A stretch of 37,365 bases of DNA, taken from an uncultured Clostridia bacterium (lineage in GTDB: Bacteria; Bacillota; Clostridia; TANB77; CAG-508). The position numbers and the translations under genes are program-made. The stretch is taken from the NCBI GenBank assembly GCA_944386145.1, contig CALWZZ010000002.1:1-37365 (forward strand), written 5' to 3'. Shown here piece after piece: positions 1-8,673 of the stretch. Under the pieces are notes generated by a model. The model had not been told where the DNA came from and did not search any database. It saw only the letters and a program-made list of their open reading frames with translations. Positions within the stretch are counted from its first letter, which is position 1; every line of letters starts with the position of its first letter.

Positions 1-29
1 TTGCAAATTTTGTTCTTTATTGTTATGAT
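1..29 (+). promoter_or_regulatory. Candidate sigma-A promoter for ftsEX (TTGCAA, 17-nt spacer, TGtTATGAT extended -10)
   Basis: TTGCAA at 1-6 and TATGAT at 24-29 with TG at 21-22. It lies about 60 nt upstream of the ftsE start. Confidence 0.5.
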
Positions 30-88
30 AAGAATGAATAAATTATATAATAGAATATTATGCAAAAAATATATAAGGAGAGCAAAAG

Positions 89-769
89 ATGATTGAATTT
101 AGAAATGTTACAAAGACATATGACACAGGAACAAAAGCAGTCAAAAATGCCAATTTTAGAATAGACAAAGGTGAGTTTGCTTTTTTAGTAGGATCTTCAG
201 GAAGTGGAAAATCAACACTTATTAAATTAATTCTAAAAGAAGAAGAGCCAACTTCAGGAAATATTATAATCAATGGAAAAGACACCACATTTTTAAAACC
301 AAATCGAATCCCATATCTAAGAAGAAGTATGGGGGTTGTATTTCAAGACTTTAGACTATTACCAGATAAAACCGTATATGACAATGTTGCTTATGCTATG
401 TATATTGTAAGAGCAACACCAAGACATATTAGAAGACAAGTTCCAATGGTGCTTTCATTAGTAGGACTAAGTGGAAAGGCAAAAATGTATCCAAATGAAT
501 TATCAGGAGGAGAACAACAAAGGGTGGCACTAGCAAGAGCTTTGGTAAATAATCCATCTATGCTAATTGCAGATGAGCCAACAGGAAACTTAGACCCTGA
601 CACAGCATGGGATATAATGACATTACTAAATGATATTAACATGAGAGGAACAACGGTTGTTGTCGCGACACATGCGAAAGACATTGTAGATCAGATGAAA
701 AAAAGGGTTATTCACATTCGAAAAGGTGAAATCATAAAAGACGATAAAAAAGGTGGGTATGAACTGTGA
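89..769 (+). CDS. ftsE: Cell division ABC transporter ATP-binding protein FtsE
   Basis: Walker A GSSGSGKST, ABC signature LSGGEQQR and Walker B LIADEPT. RBS AAGGAGAG upstream. 4-nt overlap (GTGA) with the next gene. Confidence 0.95.
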   Translation: MIEFRNVTKTYDTGTKAVKNANFRIDKGEFAFLVGSSGSGKSTLIKLILKEEEPTSGNIIINGKDTTFLKPNRIPYLRRSMGVVFQDFRLLPDKTVYDNVAYAMYIVRATPRHIRRQVPMVLSLVGLSGKAKMYPNELSGGEQQRVALARALVNNPSMLIADEPTGNLDPDTAWDIMTLLNDINMRGTTVVVATHAKDIVDQMKKRVIHIRKGEIIKDDKKGGYEL

Positions 770-1668
770 AATATAATATATTAGGATATTTAATTGGAGA
801 AGGATTTAGTAATGTATTCAAGAATAAAAAATCAACTGGTGCCTCACTCATGATTATGTGTGCAACCATGATTATTTTTGGTGTATTCTTAATTTTAAGT
901 GAAAATATTAACCACTTTGTATCTGAGGTGGAAGAAGCACAAGGAATTCAAGTATTTGCAACAGATGAAGCAACAGATGAACAAATTAAGCAACTAGGAG
1001 AAGAAATTAATAAGATAGATGGGGTTAATACAACACAATATGTGTCAAAAGAAGAAGCACTAAATCAAATGAAGGAACGATTTGCGGAAAATGAAGATTT
1101 ATTAGATGGCTATGATGGAGATAACAACATTTTTACAGCGTCTTATGTTGTAACATTAACAGATTTAACATTAAGCCAACAAGTTCAAAATGAAATATCT
1201 CAATTAGATAATGTAAAAAAAATTACAAGTTCTAATGAAACGGTATCAACTTTAATTGATTTAGCAAATGGGGTAAAGATTGTAACAGGTGTTATTTTGG
1301 CATTATTAGTTATTATCTCAATATTCATTATTGCCAATACAATCAAATTAACAGTACACGCTAGAAGAAAAGAAATTTCTATTATGAAATATGTAGGAGC
1401 AACTAATGGATTTATCAGATGGCCATTTATTGTAGAAGGTATGATTATTGGAATCATTGCAAGTGCCATTTCCATTGTGATTGTAGCTGTTGCTTATAAC
1501 TTTATTGCAGAACAAATGGTAAATTCACAATTTATGAAAACCGTTGGCGTTAGCTTGGTTGGATTTTCAGATATGTTTAGTTCAATCATATTTATATATA
1601 TGTTACTAGGAATTGGAATAGGAGCCATAGGAAGTATTATTTCTATGAGAAAATATTTAAAAGTATAG
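766..1668 (+). CDS. ftsX: Cell division permease-like protein FtsX
   Basis: GTG start overlaps the ftsE stop. N-terminal TM segment, large extracellular loop, then three C-terminal TM segments typical of FtsX. Position directly after ftsE. Confidence 0.9.
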   Translation: MKYNILGYLIGEGFSNVFKNKKSTGASLMIMCATMIIFGVFLILSENINHFVSEVEEAQGIQVFATDEATDEQIKQLGEEINKIDGVNTTQYVSKEEALNQMKERFAENEDLLDGYDGDNNIFTASYVVTLTDLTLSQQVQNEISQLDNVKKITSSNETVSTLIDLANGVKIVTGVILALLVIISIFIIANTIKLTVHARRKEISIMKYVGATNGFIRWPFIVEGMIIGIIASAISIVIVAVAYNFIAEQMVNSQFMKTVGVSLVGFSDMFSSIIFIYMLLGIGIGAIGSIISMRKYLKV

Positions 1669-1677
1669 GAGGAGAGC

Positions 1678-2910
1678 ATGCGTAAAATTTTATGTAGTGT
1701 TTTCGCTTTTATCATCATTTGTACATATATAACTGTGGTATATGCAGAAGACAATACAACAAATAATACAAGCAATACAAACAGTAACAATTTAACAGAC
1801 TTACAAACACAACAACAAAATTTACAAGATCAAATAAACCAATCTAACGAAGAATTAGAAGAAGTGCAAAGTCAATTATCAGAAAATTTACAACAAATTG
1901 AAAAATTAGACGAAAAAATCAGAGAATCAGAAAATAAAATAGAAGAATTGAATACACAGGTAGAACAATTACAAGAAGAGATTGCTAGTATTCAATCACA
2001 ATTAGACGTAGCAGAAAAGAATTATGAAAAGCAAAAAGAGATTATGGAAAAACGATTAGTAGCCATTTATGAAGCTGGTGATACAAAATATATAGATGTA
2101 CTACTAAATTCAAGTAATCTTTCCGATTTTTTATCAAGTTATTACTTGATTACAGAAATTACATCAGTAGATAAAGCGTTACTAAATGATGTAGAAGCAG
2201 AAAAGAAAGAAATTGAATTATCAAAACAAAAATTGCAGAAAAACCAAGAATCTTTGGCTACTGCGTTAAAAACGCAAACACAAACCGCAACTGTATTACA
2301 AAATACAAAGACATTAAGAGAAAATTACTTAGCAAGATTATCAGATGAGGAAAAAGCAAAACAAGCACAAATTGATGAAATGACGGAACAATATGAAGAA
2401 GTCAATAATCAAATATTAGAACTTGCAAAGCAAGGATTAGATACAGCCTATATAGGGGGCGTGCTTGCTTGGCCAGTACCAGGATATACCAAAATTACCT
2501 CAAATTATGGAATGAGGGTACATCCAATAACAGGACAATATAAATTACATACAGGTGTGGACATTAGTGCACCAATTGGTGCCAACTTTGTGGCTGCCAA
2601 TGATGGAATTGTAACAAAGGCGGGATATAATACAGCATATGGAAATATGGTTATCATAGACCATGGTGGTGGTATTTCAACACTATATGCACATGGTTCT
2701 GAAATTTTGGTAACGGTTGGACAAACGGTTAAACAAAATGAGGCCATTTTAAAAGTAGGTTCAACAGGATATTCAACTGGACCACATGCACATTTTGAAG
2801 TTAGAATTAATGGGGTGGTAACAAATCCAATCCCATATATCACAAATGGGCTTGTGCCAGGAACAGAAGCAGAAGAAGAGTCACAAGAGGATATGACAGC
2901 ACAATATTAA
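1678..2910 (+). CDS. Coiled-coil M23 metallopeptidase (EnvC/PcsB-like murein hydrolase), paralog 1
   Basis: Signal/anchor segment and a long Q/E/K-rich coiled coil with the motif EKRLVAIYEAGDTKYIDVLL. C-terminal M23 motifs HTGVD and HAHFEV. RBS AGGAGGAG. Confidence 0.9.
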   Translation: MRKILCSVFAFIIICTYITVVYAEDNTTNNTSNTNSNNLTDLQTQQQNLQDQINQSNEELEEVQSQLSENLQQIEKLDEKIRESENKIEELNTQVEQLQEEIASIQSQLDVAEKNYEKQKEIMEKRLVAIYEAGDTKYIDVLLNSSNLSDFLSSYYLITEITSVDKALLNDVEAEKKEIELSKQKLQKNQESLATALKTQTQTATVLQNTKTLRENYLARLSDEEKAKQAQIDEMTEQYEEVNNQILELAKQGLDTAYIGGVLAWPVPGYTKITSNYGMRVHPITGQYKLHTGVDISAPIGANFVAANDGIVTKAGYNTAYGNMVIIDHGGGISTLYAHGSEILVTVGQTVKQNEAILKVGSTGYSTGPHAHFEVRINGVVTNPIPYITNGLVPGTEAEEESQEDMTAQY

Positions 2911-2958
2911 GGAAGTAAAAGAAACAAATGTAAGAGGAGAAAAAAGGAGAAAAACAAA

Positions 2959-4137
2959 ATGAAAAAAATAGGACTTAAAATTATAGGAATAATGATTATA
3001 GCAATTATTGTATTACAATTTAATGTTGTTATAGCAGCAACAAAATCAGAATTGAATGCAAGTAGTAATGAAACAGATCAAAAAATAGAAGAAGCAAAAG
3101 AAGAACTAGAAAATATCAATGCGGAAAAATCAGAAACCTTACAACAAGTAGAAGATTTGATTATGCAAATTTCTTCTGCACAGTCAGAAATTGATGAGCT
3201 AGATAGTCAAATAGCAGATATGAATGCACAAATCGAAGAAGCACAAAATAAATTAGATGAAAAACAAGAAGAATATGATAATAAAGAAGAATTACTAGAA
3301 AAAAGATTAGTAGCTGCTTATGAAGCAGGAGAAACTTCTTACTTAGATGTATTACTTTCTTCAAGTAGTTTAACAGATTTAATTTCTAACTATTATATGA
3401 TATCAGAAATTACACAAAGTGATATGGACTTAATGGAAAAAATCAAGAAAGAGCAAGAAGAAATCGAAACAGCAAAACAAACGATTGAAACAAGCAAACA
3501 AGAATTGGATAGTGTGAGAGCACAAAAACAACAAAAAGCAACAGAATTAAAAAATACTAAAAATGAAAAAGATAATTATGTAGCACAATTAAATGAAGAT
3601 GAAAAAAATACACAAGCAGAACTAGAACAATTTGAACAAGACAAGAGAGATATACAAGCACAATTAGCAGCAATTGCAAGACAAGAGGCTGCTAATGCAA
3701 GTAGTTCAAATGTTTCTAATATTACCAATAATCCTAGTAGTAGTGGATATATTAGACCGATTGTAGGATATAGCATTACCACTGGTTGGATGGGATATAG
3801 TGGACATACAGGTGTTGATTTTAGTGGCTCAGGAATAGCAGGAAAACCAGTATTAGCAGCAAAAGCAGGAACAGTTGTTACATCAACAGCTTTAAAATAT
3901 GCTAATGGAAATTATAGAAGTTATGGAGAATATATTGTTATTAATCATCATGATGGAACTATGACATTATATGCACATGGTGCACCAGGTTCAAGATTGG
4001 TAAGTGCAGGACAAACCGTTAGTCAAGGACAACAAATCATGAGTGTAGGAACAACTGGAAATTCAACAGGATATCACTTACACTTTGAAGTAAGAGTAAA
4101 TGGAACACCAGTGAACCCAACACCATATTTACCTTAA
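2959..4137 (+). CDS. Coiled-coil M23 metallopeptidase, paralog 2
   Basis: Same architecture as paralog 1: EKRLVAAYEAGETSYLDVLL, M23 motifs HTGVD and HLHFEV. RBS AAGGAGA. Confidence 0.9.
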   Translation: MKKIGLKIIGIMIIAIIVLQFNVVIAATKSELNASSNETDQKIEEAKEELENINAEKSETLQQVEDLIMQISSAQSEIDELDSQIADMNAQIEEAQNKLDEKQEEYDNKEELLEKRLVAAYEAGETSYLDVLLSSSSLTDLISNYYMISEITQSDMDLMEKIKKEQEEIETAKQTIETSKQELDSVRAQKQQKATELKNTKNEKDNYVAQLNEDEKNTQAELEQFEQDKRDIQAQLAAIARQEAANASSSNVSNITNNPSSSGYIRPIVGYSITTGWMGYSGHTGVDFSGSGIAGKPVLAAKAGTVVTSTALKYANGNYRSYGEYIVINHHDGTMTLYAHGAPGSRLVSAGQTVSQGQQIMSVGTTGNSTGYHLHFEVRVNGTPVNPTPYLP

Positions 4138-4231
4138 ATTATGATATAGTATCAAAAAGATTTTATACTTAAATTTTTAATATTTGCTTCATGACCTTTT
4201 ACGAAGTTATAGAAGAAAAAGGAGGAAACGT

Positions 4232-5494
4232 ATGAAGAAAGTATTTAGTAAGATACTAGGGGGATTAATTAGTGCTGTACTCATTTTACAATTTAATGTT
4301 ATTGTATATGCTGATGAAATAACAGATTTGAAAAACGAGCAAGCTTCTAATGAAGAAAAAATGCAAGATGCCCAAGAACAAAAAGACCAAGTTACACAAG
4401 CAAAAAGTGAAACATTACAACAAGTGGAAGAAATCGAAAATCAAATAGCAGATTATGAAAATCAAATTAATGCGTTAGATACAAAAATAGGAGACTTGAA
4501 TAATCAAATAACAGAGGCAGAAGAACAAATTAATCAAAAACAATCAGATTATGATAAGCAACAAGAATTATTAGAAAAGAGGCTTGTGGTAACCTATGAG
4601 TCAGGAGAAACATCATTTTTAGATGTATTACTTTCTTCAAAGAGTTTAACAGATTTGATTTCAAATTATTATATGATTTCTGAAATTGCACAAGCAGATA
4701 TGAACTTAATGGAAAGTATAGAAAATGAAAAAAATGAAATAGAACAAGCTAAAACAACGCTAGAACAGAACAAACAAGAATTAGATTCATCAAAAGCAGA
4801 AAAAGAAAGTATGAGTGTTCAATTGCAAAATGCAAGAGAAGAAAAAAATACCTATGTTGCGCAATTATCTTCCGAAGAACAAGAGTTACAAGCACAAATT
4901 GATGAATTAGAAGAAGCAAATAAATCTATAGATGCAGAAATTCAACAAAAGCAAGCAGAAATTCAAAAGAAATTACAACAACAAAGACCAACATCTGGTG
5001 GAAGTTCTTCAGGAAGTAGTTCTTCAAGTGGTAGCTCTTCAGGTAGTAGTTCAAATGGTGGAACTTCAACAGGCGGTGGAGCCGTTAGCAGCTCAGGATT
5101 TATCTATCCAGTTCCAAGTGGATATACAAGAATTACGACATATATGTATTATTCAAGTGGACAATATCATGGAGCAGTTGATTTTGGTTCAGGAGGAATT
5201 AATGGACAACCAGTCTATGCTGTGGCAGATGGAGTCGTTGTAACAGCAAAAGCATTAAATTATAGTTATGGAAATTACATTATCATTGCACATTATAATG
5301 GATTATATACATTGTATGCACATGGACAATCAGGATCTATCAGAGTTTCAGAAGGAGATTATGTTTCTCAAGGACAGCAAATTATGAATGTAGGAAGTAC
5401 AGGAAATTCTAGTGGACCACATTTACATTTTGAGGTAAGAACAAGCCCAGGATTATATGCTAATAGAGTAGACCCAACAAATTATTTACCTTAA
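4232..5494 (+). CDS. Coiled-coil M23 metallopeptidase, paralog 3, with a Ser/Gly-rich linker
   Basis: The ATG at 4232 is preceded by AAAGGAGGAAACGT. The TTG at 4184 in the ORF track looks like an over-extension. Motifs EKRLVVTYESGETSFLDVLL, HGAVD and HLHFEV. Confidence 0.88.
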   Translation: MKKVFSKILGGLISAVLILQFNVIVYADEITDLKNEQASNEEKMQDAQEQKDQVTQAKSETLQQVEEIENQIADYENQINALDTKIGDLNNQITEAEEQINQKQSDYDKQQELLEKRLVVTYESGETSFLDVLLSSKSLTDLISNYYMISEIAQADMNLMESIENEKNEIEQAKTTLEQNKQELDSSKAEKESMSVQLQNAREEKNTYVAQLSSEEQELQAQIDELEEANKSIDAEIQQKQAEIQKKLQQQRPTSGGSSSGSSSSSGSSSGSSSNGGTSTGGGAVSSSGFIYPVPSGYTRITTYMYYSSGQYHGAVDFGSGGINGQPVYAVADGVVVTAKALNYSYGNYIIIAHYNGLYTLYAHGQSGSIRVSEGDYVSQGQQIMNVGSTGNSSGPHLHFEVRTSPGLYANRVDPTNYLP

Positions 5495-5560
5495 GGAATA
5501 TAAGTAGAGAAATTTGAATTTATGTGATTTTAAGATATAAAACGGTTATTTAAAATAAAA

Positions 5561-5629
5561 GTACATATTATAAGATTTGGTTTATTATATTATAAAGGAT
5601 ATAAATACATAAGATCTTATAATATGTAC
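5561..5629 (+). terminator. Long hairpin after the M23 array (16-bp perfect stem, 37-nt loop), possible terminator
   Basis: GTACATATTATAAGAT (5561-5576) is the exact reverse complement of 5614-5629. The downstream T-tract is only weak. Confidence 0.4.
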
Positions 5630-5763
5630 CATTATTTCATCTATTCGGAATACTGATTTTCTAATAGATAAAAGCCGATGTACACAATTTTAGTTATTTG
5701 GAATGTTCATTGGATTGTGAAATATAATAGATATAGATATTTTCATAGAAAAGGAGAAAACAG

Positions 5764-6987
5764 ATGGAGGAAAAAAAGAGATATAAAGTTTATAAGATTA
5801 TAATGCTGATTGTTTTAGTAGCATTTATAACATTTATGATAACATCAATCACATTTTATCAATACTTTGTAAAAGGGGATAGCTTAAACAAATACTTGAC
5901 ATTAATGACATCAAAGGGAAGTCAAGATATTTCACAAATATTAGACACATATCGAGCAGTTATAGATAAATACTACTTGGGAGAAGTAGATGAAGAAAGC
6001 TTAAAAGAAGGTGCAATAAAAGGATATATAGAAGGATTAGGAGATCCATATACAGAATATATTTCTGCAGAAGATATGCAAGACTATTTAGAAGATACAA
6101 TGGGAAACTTTGTTGGAATTGGAATTTATATGGTAAATGATAAAAAAACCAATCAAATTATGGTCTTATCTCCAATAAAGGGTAGTCCAGCAGAAAAAGC
6201 AGGTATTCAACCAGGAGATTACATCATATCTGTTAATGGAGAACAATGTACAGCAGATGATTTAACAGTTATTTCAACAAAAATCAAAGGAGAAGAAGGC
6301 TCAACTGTCAAATTACAAATTTTAAGAGGAGAAGAAACATTAGATTTTGAAATTACCAGAGAAAATATTATTGTAAATCCAGTAGAAGGAGAAGTATTAG
6401 AAAATAAAATAGGCTATATTGAATTTTCATCATTTGATGAAAATACCGCAGATGAATTTAAGTCAAAATTTGAAGAATTGCAATCACAAGGGATTACATC
6501 ATTGATTATTGATTTAAGAAATAATGGTGGTGGAATTGTGGATGAAGCATTAAAAATTGCAGGATATATAGCAGATAAAGATTCTGTATTACTATATGAA
6601 GTAGACAAAGACAATAATGAAACGGTAGAAACAAACAAAAGTGATCCAATTATCAATATGCCAGTAATCATCTTAACCAATGAAAATACAGCAAGTTCAT
6701 CTGAAATATTGGCAGGTGCATTAAAAGATTTAGGAAAAGCAACTATAGTGGGAACCACAACATATGGTAAAGGGGTTATTCAACAAATTTTAACACTTCC
6801 AGATGGTAGTGGATTAAAAATCACAACAGAAAAATATTTAACACCAAACCGTACAGAAATTAACGAAATTGGAATTGAACCAGATGAAGAAGTAGAATTA
6901 CCAGAAAGTGTGGAAAATGTACTAAATGTTGAAAGAAGTCAAGATACACAATTACAAAAAGCAATAGAGATGTTGTCAACAAAATAA
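5764..6987 (+). CDS. ctpA: Carboxy-terminal processing protease (S41 family, CtpA/CtpB-like) with PDZ domain
   Basis: N-terminal TM anchor, PDZ-like GSPAEKAGIQPGDYIISVNG, S41 catalytic region TASSSEILAGALKD and TYGKG. Confidence 0.9.
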   Translation: MEEKKRYKVYKIIMLIVLVAFITFMITSITFYQYFVKGDSLNKYLTLMTSKGSQDISQILDTYRAVIDKYYLGEVDEESLKEGAIKGYIEGLGDPYTEYISAEDMQDYLEDTMGNFVGIGIYMVNDKKTNQIMVLSPIKGSPAEKAGIQPGDYIISVNGEQCTADDLTVISTKIKGEEGSTVKLQILRGEETLDFEITRENIIVNPVEGEVLENKIGYIEFSSFDENTADEFKSKFEELQSQGITSLIIDLRNNGGGIVDEALKIAGYIADKDSVLLYEVDKDNNETVETNKSDPIINMPVIILTNENTASSSEILAGALKDLGKATIVGTTTYGKGVIQQILTLPDGSGLKITTEKYLTPNRTEINEIGIEPDEEVELPESVENVLNVERSQDTQLQKAIEMLSTK

Positions 6988-7082
6988 AAGTAGAGTTTTT
7001 TACATTATAGGAAATTGCATTTCCCATAATGCAAAAAAACAAATTGCACAGAAAAATTGTGAAACAATTTTTCGCGCAACAA

Positions 7083-7167
7083 ATCTTATACGCTTCTTGC
7101 TAGACATTAAATTAATATAGCAAATATCAAAAAGTAGAGAAAAAGGTCTAGCGAAGCTAGATTTGTT
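7083..7167. repeat. Structured intergenic repeat, copy 1 (hairpin GCTTCTTGCTAGAC ... GTCTAGCGAAGC), upstream of pgsA
   Basis: Roughly nine-tenths identical by eye to 12519-12602. Weaker similarity extends upstream to about 7073. Internally self-complementary. Confidence 0.8.
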
Positions 7168-7291
7168 CTATAATAAGAAAAAGATGTGTGTAACAAAAAC
7201 GATAACTCTGTTACACGGATATATAATAAAAGGGAATGTTAGAAAAATTAAAATTTTTCACAAAGTTGCCTTCACGAAGGGAATGAATAAA

Positions 7292-7885
7292 ATGAATTTA
7301 CCAAATAAGCTAACTATATTTAGAGTCATATTGGTTCCGATTATGGTCATCATACCATTTTTTGGAATACAAGGAGATTTATGGGGAATACCAATCACAT
7401 ATTTAATTATCGATCTCATATTCATATTAGCTTCACTAACAGATAAATTAGATGGATATTTAGCAAGAAGTAGAAATCAAGTAACTGCTTTTGGAAAATT
7501 TTTAGATCCATTAGCTGATAAAATATTAGTATTGTCAGCTATGCTAATGCTAGTAGAAATGAATAAATTACCAGCATGGATACCAATTATTGTATTGGCA
7601 AGAGAATTTTTAGTATCAGGATATAGACTAATTGCCGTAGAAAAAGGTGGAGAAGTTATTGCGGCATCAAAATGGGGAAAACTAAAAACGGTTACCCAAA
7701 TGTTAGCCATTATTCTTGCATTCTTAGATTTGCATGCATTTGGAGAATGCTTTAATGGTAGTTTACAAGGTGGCGACTTTGTATTAAATGTGTTTGTTAC
7801 TATTATGATGATTGTACAAACCATTGCAACGATATTTTCTGGAATAGACTATATGAGAGGTATCAAAAAATATTTAAAAGATTAA
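7292..7885 (+). CDS. pgsA: CDP-diacylglycerol--glycerol-3-phosphate 3-phosphatidyltransferase
   Basis: CDP-alcohol phosphatidyltransferase motif DKLDGYLAR...G..LDPLADK and a multi-TM profile. Start chosen at the ATG 9 nt after GAAGGGA (alternative 7283). The TTG at 7163 in the ORF track is probably an over-extension. Confidence 0.88.
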   Translation: MNLPNKLTIFRVILVPIMVIIPFFGIQGDLWGIPITYLIIDLIFILASLTDKLDGYLARSRNQVTAFGKFLDPLADKILVLSAMLMLVEMNKLPAWIPIIVLAREFLVSGYRLIAVEKGGEVIAASKWGKLKTVTQMLAIILAFLDLHAFGECFNGSLQGGDFVLNVFVTIMMIVQTIATIFSGIDYMRGIKKYLKD

Positions 7886-7910
7886 AATTAATAAAACGGT
7901 GAAGAAAAAA

Positions 7911-7940
7911 ATGAAATTTGTATTGACAAATTTCATTTTC
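7911..7940 (+). terminator. Rho-independent terminator after pgsA
   Basis: 11-bp perfect stem ATGAAATTTGT/ACAAATTTCAT, 4-nt loop, then TTTC. An A-tract precedes it. Confidence 0.7.
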
Positions 7941-7951
7941 TGCCGTAAGAT
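7923..7951 (+). promoter_or_regulatory. Candidate greA promoter embedded in the pgsA terminator (TTGACA-17-TAAGAT)
   Basis: TTGACA at 7923-7928 and TAAGAT at 7946-7951. A 12-bp perfect leader hairpin follows at 7959-7993. Confidence 0.4.
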
Positions 7952-8056
7952 ATGGAAAGTATGCATAACAAAATTAAAGATTGTTATGCATACGGGTGCA
8001 AAATTGCTTCGTAAAAGCTAGCACAAATATGTACATAAATTCAAGGAGGAATTACT

Positions 8057-8533
8057 ATGGAAGAAAAGGAAGTTATATTAACACAAGAGGGGTATAATAA
8101 TTTAGAGAAGGAATTAAATTTTTTGAAAACAGAAAAAAGAGCAGATATCGCAGATAGAATAAAAGTTGCATTAGGCTTTGGAGACCTATCAGAAAATTCA
8201 GAATATGATGAAGCAAAAAATGCACAAGCAGAAAATGAAGTAAAAATTGCAGAATTAGAAAATAAATTAAGACATGCAAAAATCATAGATGAAAAAGATA
8301 TTGATACAGAAACTGTTCAAATTGGAAATAAAGTAAAAGTATTAGATGTTGAATTTGACGAAAAAATCGAATACACGATTGTAGGTTCAACAGAAGTAAA
8401 CTTAGCAGAAAACAAAATATCAAATGAATCACCTCTAGGAGAAGCATTACTAGGTGCTAAGAAAAATCAAACAGTCGAAGTAAATGCACCAGCAGGTGTC
8501 ATGAAATATAAAATATTATCAATCAAAAAATAG
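8057..8533 (+). CDS. greA: Transcription elongation factor GreA
   Basis: 158 aa. N-terminal coiled coil with acidic-tip motif GDLSENSEYDEAK. C-terminal globular domain ending SPLGEALLG. RBS AAGGAGGA. Confidence 0.95.
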   Translation: MEEKEVILTQEGYNNLEKELNFLKTEKRADIADRIKVALGFGDLSENSEYDEAKNAQAENEVKIAELENKLRHAKIIDEKDIDTETVQIGNKVKVLDVEFDEKIEYTIVGSTEVNLAENKISNESPLGEALLGAKKNQTVEVNAPAGVMKYKILSIKK

Positions 8534-8673
8534 ACAATTGGGGCCAGGTGATGATTTTAGGGACGGAGCAAAAAATCATCATTATACTAAATTATTAAAT
8601 TTAATAATCAATTTTTAAATATAATGATGATTTTTTGCTCCGTCCCTAAAATCATCACCTGGCTCGGATTGTC
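8533..8673. repeat. 141-bp palindromic element filling the greA/deoD convergent gap (43-bp perfect arms)
   Basis: 8544-8586 is the exact reverse complement of 8620-8662. Outer GACAAT/ATTGTC also pairs. Contains the sub-hairpin GATGATTTT-aGGGACGGAGcaa-AAAATCATC. Confidence 0.9.

Noticed and set aside
4184-4231. Upstream alternative starts offered by the ORF track (TTG 4184, TTG 7163, ATG 27092, GTG 17291, ATG 33117)
   Set aside because: In each case a downstream ATG has a properly spaced Shine-Dalgarno sequence and gives an N-terminus typical of the family. The extensions are basic or low-complexity and overlap promoter or repeat sequence.
4932-5243. 103-codon alternative-frame ORF overlapping the Ser/Gly linker of M23 paralog 3
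   Set aside because: It is an artefact of the low-complexity repeat. The M23 frame is continuous and homologous to the two neighbouring paralogs.
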